A stretch of DNA of 64,000 bases, taken from assembly GCA_965369385.1 (NCBI GenBank), contig CBDUQP010000001.1, positions 4,628 through 68,627 of the forward strand, in the 5' to 3' direction. Positions 1 to 10,022 of the stretch are shown here, one piece after another. The notes under the pieces were generated by a model that was given only the letters and a program-made list of their open reading frames with translations, had not been told where the DNA came from and ran no database searches. Within the stretch, counting starts at the first letter, position 1; each line of letters begins with the position of its first letter. The stretch comes from an uncultured Phycisphaerales bacterium (lineage in GTDB: Bacteria; Planctomycetota; Phycisphaerae; SM23-33). The position numbers were made by a program, and so were the translations under genes.

Positions 1-479
1 CGGGACGGATGCGAATGGTATCGCCGGGACACAGTTCGAGCGGGTCGACCAGCGTTTCTGTACCGTCGGAACCCACACGATGAGCTTTCTTCGGGGCCAA
101 GTGAACCAAGCCCTCGATACTCGCACGCGCACCAAGAGCGGTTCGCGTCTCGATAAGGTTGGCCAGCAACAGGAAGAACGCCACCAGACCGGCGGCTTTG
201 TAATCCATCGCGGTGATCGAAGCCACAACCGCCAAGGCCACCAACTCGTCCATGTGCATCTGCCCGCGCAGCAACGAAGAAGCTGCGTGTAACACAATAG
301 GCACCCCCAGCAGCAACGCACCGGCAAGCGCCATCGCCTTACTGTGGAAGTCGTCTTCGAACAGCCACTCAGCTACATACGCGTTTATCACGAGTATGCC
401 GCCAAACAAGATGCCAAGAATGAAAATACTGGCTCGACCAGTCTGAGCCTCAACGGATTTCTTCAAAATATCATGTGCC
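1..479 (-). CDS. Heavy-metal translocating P1B-type ATPase, N-terminal fragment (partial; runs off the window start)
   Basis: Open minus-strand frame from ATG at 477-479 to the window edge. Translation is MAHDILKKSVEAQTGRASIFILGILFGG...MDELVALAVVASITAMDYKAAGLVAFFLLLANLIETRTALGARASIEGL..., which resembles the first TM helices and the conserved stretch of ZntA/CadA/CopA-type pumps. It is absent from the ORF track because there is no stop inside the window. Confidence 0.6.
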
Positions 480-892
480 ATGCACTTCTCCGCGAAATGT
501 TCGAGCGCAGCAGAAAGTGACGTCGAACTGACTGTGCACACCTTCCTGCTACGATTCTACGGTGGCACCGCCGATAAGGTTCATTGCAAAGAAGAGATTT
601 ATAGGTTCAACACTTCCAGATTGCAAGAACTTAGCCCTTTGGAGCCCATCTATCCGAGCGATTAGTTACTTCGGACACGGGCTCATTTTGACGTCGCTCC
701 TACGGCGAAGCCGACGGAGGTCCAGAACCACAAATAGCCCAAACTCGCCCACGTCTCCGGGACAATAGCACGCCAACCCTTTGCCCGCTCGCGCCCGGCA
801 AGTATACTCGGAGCCGCGATGGTCGGTGGAACCTCCGGCACATGCGCCATAACTATTGTAGATAACAAATTTCTTAAGGACATAGCTCACCC

Positions 893-1390
893 ATGCAATG
901 CAAATACTGCCCACACTGCGGAACCCCAACTTCGCTCAGAGATGTTGGCGATGAAGGCGAGATTCCTTGGTGCCCCGGCTGCGACACGCCACTTTTCGAC
1001 TCCCCATACCCCTGCGTGCTGGCTGTTACACTGGACGAGCAGAACAGAACTGCTGTGCTGATGCAGCATTACATCACCAAAGACCACTGGGTTCTGCCGG
1101 CAGGATACATCAAATCCGGCCACACCGCCGAGGAGACACTGTCCAAAGAGTTGATGGAAGAAACCGGACTCAGCGTTATATCATCTGAATATATAGACAG
1201 TTACCATCTGGAACACAAAGATGTGCTGATCTTCGGCTTTTTTGCCCGGGTGGCTGGCGAGCTGCAAACGAATTCACCGGAAGTGGATGATCTCAAGTGG
1301 GCCAGCTTCGAGGAAGTCGGCGGCCTGCTGAGACCAGGCGGCATAGGCCACTCATTGTATCTAACTGCCAAACAACGTTTTAGACTCTAG
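893..1390 (+). CDS. NUDIX hydrolase with N-terminal C4 zinc ribbon (NudC-like architecture)
   Basis: CxxC...CxxC pairs at the N-terminus (CPHCG...CPGCD). Nudix box GHTAEETLSKELMEETGL fits GX5EX7[RK]EXXEEXG. Confidence 0.8.
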   Translation: MQCKYCPHCGTPTSLRDVGDEGEIPWCPGCDTPLFDSPYPCVLAVTLDEQNRTAVLMQHYITKDHWVLPAGYIKSGHTAEETLSKELMEETGLSVISSEYIDSYHLEHKDVLIFGFFARVAGELQTNSPEVDDLKWASFEEVGGLLRPGGIGHSLYLTAKQRFRL

Positions 1391-1540
1391 TATGACGCAT
1401 TGGCCCATCTTCTTCCTCCCGCCCGCAAAGCCATGCAATCTATTTGCCCGAAGTGTTCATTCGACCTTCGTCAGGACGCCCGCAGATGCTAGAATCGCAC
1501 CTCGGCAGTAGTTGCATTCAGGAATCCAGGAACCAAGCAC

Positions 1541-2401
1541 ATGGACGAGACACTCAGAAGCATCATTTCGCAAATGGACGGCTGGGCACACGCTGAGCCC
1601 GACGAGATCGAGCACATTCCCGGCAAGACCAACCAGAACTACAAGATCCGCATGGGCGACCAGCGGTATGTGGTTCGCGTCAGCGGGCCAAACACCGTTC
1701 TACTGGGAATAGATCGCAAGGTTGAGTACGCGGTACTCAAGGAAGTGGCGTCTATAGGCGTGGGTCCCGAGCCCATACTGTTCGTCGAGCCCGAAGGCCA
1801 CATGATCTCGCGATTCATTGACGGCCGTCAGTGGGAGCCGGAAGAACTCAAGACCGACACCAACCTCCGCCGCCTGGCCCAGACCATGAAACGCTGCCAC
1901 CAGTTGCCCGGCATAGATGCCGTACACAATCCATTCCGCACGGTGGAAGAGTTCATCAAGGTAATCCGCTCGTTCGATGAGGCCCTGCCGGATGACATCG
2001 ACGATTTCCTGGCGAAGATGTACGAATATGAGAATGCCCTGAGCGACCCGCCGAGCCCGGTCGGCCTGTGCCATAACGATATCTGGGTGGGAAACCTGCT
2101 CGATGACGGAAACGTGCGGATTCTGGACTGGGAATTTGCGGGCATGGGCGATGTGTATTTCGACCTGGCGGCCCCCGCAATCTTCCAGAACATGACCGAC
2201 GACAACGAACGAGTGTTCCTGGATGCATATTTCGGCAAGTGCACCGAGGATCACATCCGCCGCCTCAAGATGATGGAGTTCATGGTACACTTCCGCGATG
2301 CCACCTGGTCACTTGTGCAGATGGGACGTTTCGGCGATGACGACGAGCACTACCAGAAATACGCAGACGACAGCTTCAAAGGCATGAGAGGCACATACTG
2401 A
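1541..2401 (+). CDS. Phosphotransferase family protein (APH/choline-ethanolamine kinase-like)
   Basis: Brenner-like motif LCHNDIWVGNLL and the Mg-binding segment ILDWEFAGMGDVYFDLA are typical of the APH/ChoK fold. Confidence 0.7.
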   Translation: MDETLRSIISQMDGWAHAEPDEIEHIPGKTNQNYKIRMGDQRYVVRVSGPNTVLLGIDRKVEYAVLKEVASIGVGPEPILFVEPEGHMISRFIDGRQWEPEELKTDTNLRRLAQTMKRCHQLPGIDAVHNPFRTVEEFIKVIRSFDEALPDDIDDFLAKMYEYENALSDPPSPVGLCHNDIWVGNLLDDGNVRILDWEFAGMGDVYFDLAAPAIFQNMTDDNERVFLDAYFGKCTEDHIRRLKMMEFMVHFRDATWSLVQMGRFGDDDEHYQKYADDSFKGMRGTY

Positions 2402-2410
2402 CCGGCTACC

Positions 2411-3355
2411 CTATTGGCCGGGGATGGCTTGGGCTTGTTTGCGGTAGTTCAGGGGGGAGCAGCTCATTTTTCTTTTGAAGGCGCGGCTGAACGAGAAGAG
2501 AGATTGGAAGCCAACGGTCCGACTGATCTCGGATACGGTCATATCGCTGCTATGCAAATAACTGCACGCCGCATTGATTCTCACATTGCGGATGAACTCG
2601 CCAAGCGGACGGCCCAGGGTCTCGCGGAACTTCGCCTGAAGGCGGCTTGCCGAAAGCGACATGTGTGTAGCGATAGTTTCCATCGACAAATCCGCATCGA
2701 GATTCGCATAGACATACTCGCAGACCCCCTGCATAAAGCCAACGTCCCGCGGATCGCCAGCAACTTCGTCATCGTCGTTGTCGCGTAAGAATGCAGGCTG
2801 GTCGTGGCGGGCCTGCACAAACTCGGCCAGCAGCATCGCCAGCTTCAGGTTGACCAGCCCCGACGTCCTGGCGGCTGATTTGCGATTCGAGTGCACTTCA
2901 TCAACAAGCGACTGAAGTCCCCGCCATGCCTCGTCAGTCATCTCGAACGGATGATTTCGCAGCACGCCGACCTGTGATGCATTCGCCAGTTCAAACGTCA
3001 CAAACAGCCAACTGAAATCGCCTTCGGGGGGCGCGCTGGTGTAGTAATGCCCCTGGTAAGGAAAGATGAGCATGCCCTGGCCGGGCGACAGCGGGAAAAC
3101 GCGGCCGTCCAGAATCACCCCGCGAGGCTCCTGCAGACAGAACACGAGCACGTAGCGATGATGACGGCTGGCAACACCGCCTTCGAACGCCGAACCTCGG
3201 TGAAACGCAAGAATCTCGCGCGGCAGCTCAGTTAAGACCCCACCTGCACCGGAGTAAAGGTTCTCGGGCATGCCCAGATTCTTTACGCCCCGCAAATTGG
3301 CAATCAACTGCTTCTGTCTAGTTGTTTTGGTTAAATTCTCAACATTTTTTGCCAT
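2411..3355 (-). CDS. AraC family transcriptional regulator (cupin sensor plus C-terminal double HTH)
   Basis: The N-terminal region is cupin-like. The C-terminal LSMETIATHMSLSASRLQAKFRETLGRPLGEFIRNVRINAACSYL...TVSEISRTVGFQSLFSFSRAFKRKMSCSP matches AraC/XylS HTH signature spacing. Confidence 0.85.
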   Translation of the reverse strand: MAKNVENLTKTTRQKQLIANLRGVKNLGMPENLYSGAGGVLTELPREILAFHRGSAFEGGVASRHHRYVLVFCLQEPRGVILDGRVFPLSPGQGMLIFPYQGHYYTSAPPEGDFSWLFVTFELANASQVGVLRNHPFEMTDEAWRGLQSLVDEVHSNRKSAARTSGLVNLKLAMLLAEFVQARHDQPAFLRDNDDDEVAGDPRDVGFMQGVCEYVYANLDADLSMETIATHMSLSASRLQAKFRETLGRPLGEFIRNVRINAACSYLHSSDMTVSEISRTVGFQSLFSFSRAFKRKMSCSPLNYRKQAQAIPGQ

Positions 3356-3506
3356 TTTATACCCGGATCTATTATGATCATAATACGCCAGTGATGCAAT
3401 GGATTACCTGGCCTGCAAAATGCCACAGGTGGCGACGAGTCGGCTCGCAGCCGACGATATGTCCCAAAGCAGGCCTGAACATTATGAACAAACAGGAGTT
3501 GTAACA

Positions 3507-4730
3507 ATGGGAATTCGTGTAGGAGCTATCGGTTTCGGCGCCAGGCTCAACGGCGTAATGAAACACGTTCAGGAGCAGGGAAACAATCTGTTGGAGCTTG
3601 TCACGGTTTATGACCCCAGTGAGGCATCTGTCCAGATGGCAAGGGATTTCGCCGGCGGTGACGTGAAGGTGTGCGATGACTATCACCAGGTTACCGACGA
3701 CCCAGATATCGATTGGGTGCTGATCGGGTCGTGGAATTGCTTCCACGCTGAACAGACCATCGCGGCATTCAAAGCAGGCAAGAATGTGTTCTGCGAAAAG
3801 CCCCTGGCCACCAAGCTGGAAGACTGCATCGCGATGCACGAGGCCCAAAAAGCGAGCGGCAAGGATTTCATCATGGGCTTCACGCTGCGATTCTCGCCCC
3901 ACTATCGCAAAATCAAGGAACTGCTCGAATCCGGCGTGATCGGCGATATCGTCAGCATGGAATTCAACGAGACGCTCGACTTCAACCATGGCGGATTCTT
4001 CCATTCCGACTGGCGCCGCAAGACAGAAAACAGCGGAACTGCCCTGCTGGAAAAATGCTGCCACGATATCGATCTGGCAAACTGGATGGTCGCCAGCCGC
4101 GCACGGCGAGTGGCTTCGTTCGGCGGCTGCAACTTCTTCAGGCCCGAGAACAAACATCAAATTCAGCGTCTCGGGGAAAATAAGGACGGCAAGCCCGCAT
4201 TCGGCACCTGGCCGCTGGCGGACGACAAGACAGTAACTGCGTTTACCGATGATAAGGACCTGGTAGACAATCAGGTCGCGATCATCGAGTACTACAACGC
4301 TATCCGCGCCACGTTCCACATGAATCACAGCACGGCTATCTCCGAACGCAGGATGTACATTTGCGGAACCGAAGGCACGCTGCGTGGCGACGTGCTGACC
4401 GGCGAGATTGAGGTGCGCCGCATCGGCTTCGACGAAGAGCGTAAAGAGTACAAACCGCTCGAAGAAGGCGGCGGACATGGCGGCGGCGATGAGATTCTCG
4501 GAAAAGAGCTGGCCGACACAATGCTCAACGGTACACCGCCTCTTTCGACACTGGCTGCGGGCATGGACTCGGCAATCACGTGCTTCGGCATAGATGAAGC
4601 GATGTTCACCGGGCAGGTAGTCGATATGATGCCATACTGGCAAGCGTCCGAACTGGACACCCCCACCGACGAGGTGCCACGCACCTTCGTCCCGGCCCCC
4701 GAATACATGAAAAGAGTCGGCTCAAAGTAA
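3507..4730 (+). CDS. Gfo/Idh/MocA family NAD(P)-dependent oxidoreductase
   Basis: N-terminal Rossmann motif MGIRVGAIGFGAR and the conserved EKPLA motif (FCEKPLATKLEDC). The start was moved to ATG 3507, which has AGGAG 9 nt upstream; the track start at 3399 lacks an RBS. Confidence 0.85.
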   Translation: MGIRVGAIGFGARLNGVMKHVQEQGNNLLELVTVYDPSEASVQMARDFAGGDVKVCDDYHQVTDDPDIDWVLIGSWNCFHAEQTIAAFKAGKNVFCEKPLATKLEDCIAMHEAQKASGKDFIMGFTLRFSPHYRKIKELLESGVIGDIVSMEFNETLDFNHGGFFHSDWRRKTENSGTALLEKCCHDIDLANWMVASRARRVASFGGCNFFRPENKHQIQRLGENKDGKPAFGTWPLADDKTVTAFTDDKDLVDNQVAIIEYYNAIRATFHMNHSTAISERRMYICGTEGTLRGDVLTGEIEVRRIGFDEERKEYKPLEEGGGHGGGDEILGKELADTMLNGTPPLSTLAAGMDSAITCFGIDEAMFTGQVVDMMPYWQASELDTPTDEVPRTFVPAPEYMKRVGSK

Positions 4731-6031
4731 CCCAGCTGGCCCGGCATCGCCCTCGCCGACCAGCCGGGGCCATCTTGAGTTAACGGCACTCTAACGGCAG
4801 TTTAACGGCACACAATTCAAGCCAGCCTGATCGGCTTGAAACGAGACAGGCCGATACGGATTCCCAGAAAACCCGGCCGACCTCACAAGCATGGAGACCC
4901 GGATATTGCATAATTCGCATTTGTGCAAAAAGGTGCAAAATGTTACACGAATGGCATCTTGTGCACCGATTTGGAGCTTCGAGAATCGGCCGTTAATTGA
5001 CGATCTCGCCAGCCGTTAGCCATGGTTCAGAATCAGCATTGCGTCATTACGTGCACCATCCGCAAAAACGCAGTTATTTCGACGTTTTGTCGTCCTTCTT
5101 TCACTTTTTTCCGCTTCTTTTTTCGCAAAACCCCACAATCCCCCGCATCAAAACCCGCCCCACCAGTCAGTATGTAGATATATGACTGCGCGCCGTTGTA
5201 GGGGCAGACCTATATGTCCGCCCGATTCGCCGTTCAGCCCGGCCGCCACACACCTGCCGGGCATTCGAGAGCACGTCAACTCACCGATTGTCCGTAACCC
5301 CTTTTTCCACTTCAAGATTCTCTCGCAAACAGATTGACCTTTGGGCGATTTGGGCCAACAATCAGTATGTCGGTGGACAAAACTCGGCTTCATGCCGTGT
5401 GGTCCCGCTGGTTCGCCACGGGAGACCCTATATCCCCCGACGTCTTTTTGCGCTCACCGCACCTGACACCATGGGAAAAATCTATTAGGAGACTTGTGTT
5501 TTCCGAACAAAGGCCTTACTCTTTGCGTTCGAAAGGAAGACTGCGCCCGCCGGTGATTCGTCGCCATGCGGGAACACACTTGGACGCATCTGAGACCAAC
5601 GTCTTTGTCCCAGTCAATTCGTGGGTTCCACTGAGTTGAGCACAGTGGCGGCTTTGGCAACGGCGGGCACAATCGCCAGCGAGGCCGATGTACAGCAACT
5701 GGGGCCGGCACACGCATAATTGCGTGCAGTTGCCGGACGGAAACGTCACGCTTGGTCGTCCATCATGTTGCGGAATCTTCGGTTGCGGGTGACGTATTCG
5801 AAAAAAGATGAAACCACCGGGCCCTATTGCGGGTCTTGGTAGTAACGGCAGATCGGTTAGCGGTAATTGTACAGTTGTGACTTTCAAATAACGGCAGCTC
5901 AGATTTTTAGAAAGCGTTCAGACGCAACTGGGTTTCTCTGACGCGATGGATATCGTTCTTGCCGGCTTCATTTACCGCCCGCGGGCGGCGCTCCCGGATT
6001 GCCGGGGGTGGGGAATAAGGAACAGACTTTG

Positions 6032-7648
6032 ATGAGTTACAAGGACGTATGGGCATATCAGCAGCATGTCGCGCGGGCGGTGATGGCGATGGTTATCTTG
6101 CTGCTATGCGGCTGCGAGGGGGACAATGCATGGACTGCAGCCTTCGATGAATCGTACAGTGACAACGTGCAGAAAATTGTCGAAGAGCAAGTTGCCGACA
6201 GGACCTCCGACAAGAGCGCACTGAAACGTTGGCAGGACCAGGCTGATGACAATTACCAGAGCGCCGACGATATCAAACACGACCCGATCCGTCTGAAGAT
6301 CGAGACTGAGCGGCGTCAGAGCGCACACAAGCTAATCTCGGCCGGCCCGCTTACAATCACCAGATGCCTCGTCCACAGTCTTGCGTTTAATGACGAAATC
6401 GTCGCAAGCCGGGCGGCAGTAAAATCACTCGCCGGCGAAAAGATAATCGTCCTTTCGCGATTCCTCCCGCACATTTCATATCGCTTGCGTGCCACCACAT
6501 TGCACGACGAAATCGGCCGTCACCTCGCCATGAGCGTGCTGGCATCTCAATCGCTGCTGGAGTTCGGCAAGGACAACCCCCTGGATGTGAACTTTCGACA
6601 GCTTGAACGTGATTTCCTGTTCAGCCACGAAGAGACGGTTGCCAACGTGATATCCGCTGTCCGGCTCAAGTTCTGGAGGATCCTTCTACGCCAAAAGCAA
6701 CTGGCCGAGCGTCTTCGGGTGCGGGACGGTTTCACCGAGCGTTACAAGAAGATGGTCAATCGCAGAGAAGCGAAGGAAGTGCTGGAACTGGATGTACTTA
6801 CGGCCAGGCTCAATGTACTGGACGAGAGCCTTCGCATAAACAGGCTCGAGAAGGATATTGAGCGTGAAAAGAAGGACCTCGCACATGCGATGGGGTTCCC
6901 GGTAGACATGGCCGATTTCTTGCTGTCCGGCGAGCTGAAGGAGTTCTCGCTGTCTGTGGATGACGCCACCGTCATCGCGTTCAATCGCAGCACACGGATC
7001 GCGCAGTCCCGCGCGGCAGTATACGAACGAGATCGTGTCCTGCGCCAGATAGTATGGGAGTACTTTCCGCATGTCGACATCGTCGGCGGATATCGCGGGC
7101 GGCACGTGGCCACTGGTGGTTCCCTTGTTAGCAACGATTCGGTGTATAGCGCCAACCCGTTCGTGAAGTACCACAATGACGGTTTTCTCGGCAGGCCCGC
7201 AGAGCATGGGCCCGCATGGCTGAACGAGCCGACGTCCGGCGGATTCTTCGATGCCGTGGTGGAACTGCCGATCCTTGACGGAAAGGAAAGGATTGGGCGT
7301 TTCAAGCGAGAGAGGGGGCTGCTGGAGCGAGACAGGCGTATGCTGTGCAACACGATCTGGCTGACGAATCGCGACGTTCGCAAGGCCTACGAAACGGTCG
7401 AAGAGCGTGTGGTATCAATGAAGATACGTCAGGAGAGAGTGGAAATCGCAAAGGCTCGGCTGAGCGTAAAAGAGCGATTCAAGGAACTTGGCGAAATCTC
7501 TGACGACGAGTTGGAGACCTTCCGCAGAGAATTCTTCGTGAGCCAGGATACGTACTTCGAGGAGCAGATACTGCTGCTCACGGCGCAGGAAAGATTGCGG
7601 CGGATTATGAGATATTTTGAACCGACGGGCGGGAAGGAAGCGAAGTGA
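6032..7648 (+). CDS. TolC-like outer membrane efflux protein (OMF family), lipoprotein-type signal
   Basis: Signal peptide with lipobox (VILLLCGCEG). Two TolC-type repeats with alternating Leu/Ala/Asn helices (TITRCLVHSLAFNDEIVASRAAV...; second repeat around VIAFNRSTRIAQSRAAVYERDR). AAGGAA RBS before ATG 6032. Confidence 0.7.
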   Translation: MSYKDVWAYQQHVARAVMAMVILLLCGCEGDNAWTAAFDESYSDNVQKIVEEQVADRTSDKSALKRWQDQADDNYQSADDIKHDPIRLKIETERRQSAHKLISAGPLTITRCLVHSLAFNDEIVASRAAVKSLAGEKIIVLSRFLPHISYRLRATTLHDEIGRHLAMSVLASQSLLEFGKDNPLDVNFRQLERDFLFSHEETVANVISAVRLKFWRILLRQKQLAERLRVRDGFTERYKKMVNRREAKEVLELDVLTARLNVLDESLRINRLEKDIEREKKDLAHAMGFPVDMADFLLSGELKEFSLSVDDATVIAFNRSTRIAQSRAAVYERDRVLRQIVWEYFPHVDIVGGYRGRHVATGGSLVSNDSVYSANPFVKYHNDGFLGRPAEHGPAWLNEPTSGGFFDAVVELPILDGKERIGRFKRERGLLERDRRMLCNTIWLTNRDVRKAYETVEERVVSMKIRQERVEIAKARLSVKERFKELGEISDDELETFRREFFVSQDTYFEEQILLLTAQERLRRIMRYFEPTGGKEAK

Positions 7649-9267
7649 TGCAGTGTAGAGTTGTGACAATATGCTTACTGGCGGTGGTCATCGTGGCCGG
7701 ATCGGGCGTTCTGTCGGCTGCCCAGGCCGGCGAAAAGGCTCCGAGGCTGGTTCTATCTCGCGAAGAGCAGCTCCACCTGCTGGAAGCCAAGCAGGCCAAG
7801 TTGGCGCTAGACCAGGCTGATCAGGAGAGATCGGCAGCCATGGCCGACCTGGACAAGGTGGAGAAGCTGTTCAAGGATGGGCTCGTTACAGTGACGCGGC
7901 TGAATGATGCCCGGATGGCCTTCAATCGCGCGAAGCTGAAATTTCGCCAGGCGGAGATAGATCTCGAAAAAGAGCGCCTTGAGTTCCTGAAGGATGCAAC
8001 CATTATCAGCGTAGTCAATGCCCGCAAGTACCGCAGTAAGGACGGCGAGGTGATGGCGTCGGTAACTATCCGCAACGCCAGCGACATTGGCAAGGCTCGC
8101 ATCGCGATGGCCGGGGAAGGCAGGAAAGTGCGAGATGCCGACCTTGGGGCATTGCTGAAGGTAGACAACGTTATCGTGACGCTCAAGGGCGAAACGCGTA
8201 CGTCGAGAGTTCTAGGCATTGATGAGCGGCAAGTCGCCGGCGCGAAAGCCATCGTGGGCGACCCCTTCCAGTTAATAGTGAACACTATCGAGTACGGTAA
8301 GGAAGTTACCCTCGAGTACAAATTGCTGAACAAGGCGGTAGATTCGGTCACGGTCTCATTGGAATTCCTCGGCACCAGCCGCGAATATGACGTGTACCTG
8401 AAGAACGAAAGTAACCAGGACCTGCCCGATGTCGCCTCCACGCAATATTCGCAAATAGGCAAGCTGGGCACGAAGATTCGCTACGATCTGAACCTCAAGC
8501 GCCTGGCTAAAACCACACAGAGCTTCGCCATGATAGTGCTGAATCTGCCGCCCTCGATACAGAAAGCGTTTATTGATCCCGAGAGCGAGGCATCACTGAC
8601 GCAAGTGAAGTTCACCGACGAGATCACCGAGCAAAACCTGTACTTCGAGGCGTCGATACCCTCCAACCTTTCGCCCAAGCTGGTGGATCAGAGCCTGTCA
8701 TTCTACATAGTCGTGACCCGCCCATCCGAGCTGAAGAACATCTTCGAGCTGGTGAAGAAGCATTCCAACAACATACCGGCCGAGGATATCCAGAAGATCA
8801 AGGGCGAGTGCGTGGAACTGGTGCTGATTCCCAAGGGCGTGGGCAAGCTGGATATCCTCATGGATACCCAATATAAGGAAGTAGAGATTGGCAAACCGGT
8901 CGATTTCAAGTTCCGCGTGATGAATTCGGGAACGTTGGTGTTGCGAAGCATCGCACCGAAGCTGGACCTGCCCATCGGCTGGGAAGCCGAGCTTGACCCG
9001 AAGTCAGTCACGATCCTCGCAGGGGAGGAGAAGGCGACATTCACCGCAAAACTGATTCCGCCGGGCGATGTGAGTGTCGGCGAGTATCCGGTCAAGATAG
9101 AAGCCGAAGGTCATTCCGGCGTGGAGGACATAGAAGCGATCGACAAGAGCTTCTCGGTTCGCCTTGGATCGCCGACCAACATAACCGGGACGGCCATACT
9201 CGTGGGCATTCTGGTAGTCATGGTCCTCGGAATCGCAATAGCGAGTATCAAGGTATCCCGAAGATAA
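7645..9267 (+). CDS. Secreted/periplasmic protein with MFP-like coiled-coil hairpin, beta-rich CARDB/NEW3-like repeats and C-terminal TM anchor
   Basis: Signal peptide. Then a coiled coil (DLDKVEKLFKDGLVTVTRLNDARMAFNRAKLKFRQAEIDLEKERLEFLK) like HlyD-family alpha-hairpins. Then repeated beta domains with the GW pattern (FRVMNSGTLVLRSIAPKLDLPIGWEAELDP) seen in COG1470/CARDB proteins. C-terminal TM ILVGILVVMVLGIAIASIKVSRR. Overlaps the upstream gene by 4 nt. Confidence 0.5.
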   Translation: MMQCRVVTICLLAVVIVAGSGVLSAAQAGEKAPRLVLSREEQLHLLEAKQAKLALDQADQERSAAMADLDKVEKLFKDGLVTVTRLNDARMAFNRAKLKFRQAEIDLEKERLEFLKDATIISVVNARKYRSKDGEVMASVTIRNASDIGKARIAMAGEGRKVRDADLGALLKVDNVIVTLKGETRTSRVLGIDERQVAGAKAIVGDPFQLIVNTIEYGKEVTLEYKLLNKAVDSVTVSLEFLGTSREYDVYLKNESNQDLPDVASTQYSQIGKLGTKIRYDLNLKRLAKTTQSFAMIVLNLPPSIQKAFIDPESEASLTQVKFTDEITEQNLYFEASIPSNLSPKLVDQSLSFYIVVTRPSELKNIFELVKKHSNNIPAEDIQKIKGECVELVLIPKGVGKLDILMDTQYKEVEIGKPVDFKFRVMNSGTLVLRSIAPKLDLPIGWEAELDPKSVTILAGEEKATFTAKLIPPGDVSVGEYPVKIEAEGHSGVEDIEAIDKSFSVRLGSPTNITGTAILVGILVVMVLGIAIASIKVSRR

Positions 9268-9281
9268 CTGGAGAGTGCGAA

Positions 9282-10022
9282 ATGCTGAAGATAGACGGGC
9301 TCAAAAAGGTTTACGAAGACGGAACGGTAGGTGTGGATTGCTTGGATCTGTCAGTAGCAAGTGGCGAGATATGCGTCCTGCTGGGTGCCAACGGTGCTGG
9401 CAAGACCTCCACAATAATGCTGATCTTGGGGTTCACTGAACCCACAGAGGGAACGGTCCTGATCAACAACATAGACGTGCAGGCCAAACCGCTTGAAGCC
9501 AAGAAGCACGTCGCGTACGTATCCGAGAACGTAATGCTGTACGGAAACTTCACCGCGCACCAGAACATGGTGTTCTTCTCCGAGCTTGCCAGCAGGGGCA
9601 AACGCTCTGAAGACGAGTACCACGCGGTGTTCAAGCGTGTTGGGCTCGCGGACAACGCCTACTATCGTCGCGTGAACGGATTCTCCAAGGGCATGCGTCA
9701 GCGGCTTGGCATTGCGATTGCGATTCTCAAGGATGCGGACCTGATCGTTCTCGACGAGCCCACCAGCGGCCTGGACCCCAAGGGAGGCTTTGAGTTCCTG
9801 GAGATCATCGAATCCCTCAAGGCCGAGGGCAAGGCGATACTCATGTCGAGTCACGACATCTTCCGCGTGAAGCGCATTGCCGACAAGGTAGGCATCATGC
9901 GCGGAGGCAATATCGTCGAAATGCTGGACCGCGACGGGATCGTCAACAGGGATCTGGAGCAACTCTACCTGGAATACATGAAAACCGAGGTAGCCGGGGC
10001 TACTTCTGCGAAGGTGCAGTAA
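9282..10022 (+). CDS. ABC transporter ATP-binding protein (ABC-2 type)
   Basis: Walker A GANGAGKT, signature FSKGMRQRLGIA, Walker B LIVLDEPTSGLD, H-loop SSHD. Confidence 0.9.
   Translation: MLKIDGLKKVYEDGTVGVDCLDLSVASGEICVLLGANGAGKTSTIMLILGFTEPTEGTVLINNIDVQAKPLEAKKHVAYVSENVMLYGNFTAHQNMVFFSELASRGKRSEDEYHAVFKRVGLADNAYYRRVNGFSKGMRQRLGIAIAILKDADLIVLDEPTSGLDPKGGFEFLEIIESLKAEGKAILMSSHDIFRVKRIADKVGIMRGGNIVEMLDRDGIVNRDLEQLYLEYMKTEVAGATSAKVQ

Noticed and set aside
3378-4643. Long antisense ORFs (for example 3378-4643 at 421 aa, 17255-18439 at 394 aa, 48360-49640 at 426 aa, 54592-55632 at 346 aa, 21025-22131, 57627-58514, 59732-60418) opposite well-supported genes
   Set aside because: All lie entirely inside genes with strong motif support (Gfo/Idh/MocA, FeoB, LeuS, NagB-like, ABC ATPase, NrdD, NrdG). 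Their translations are low-complexity, Arg/Ala/Gly-rich and motif-free, as expected of shadow frames in 60% GC DNA.
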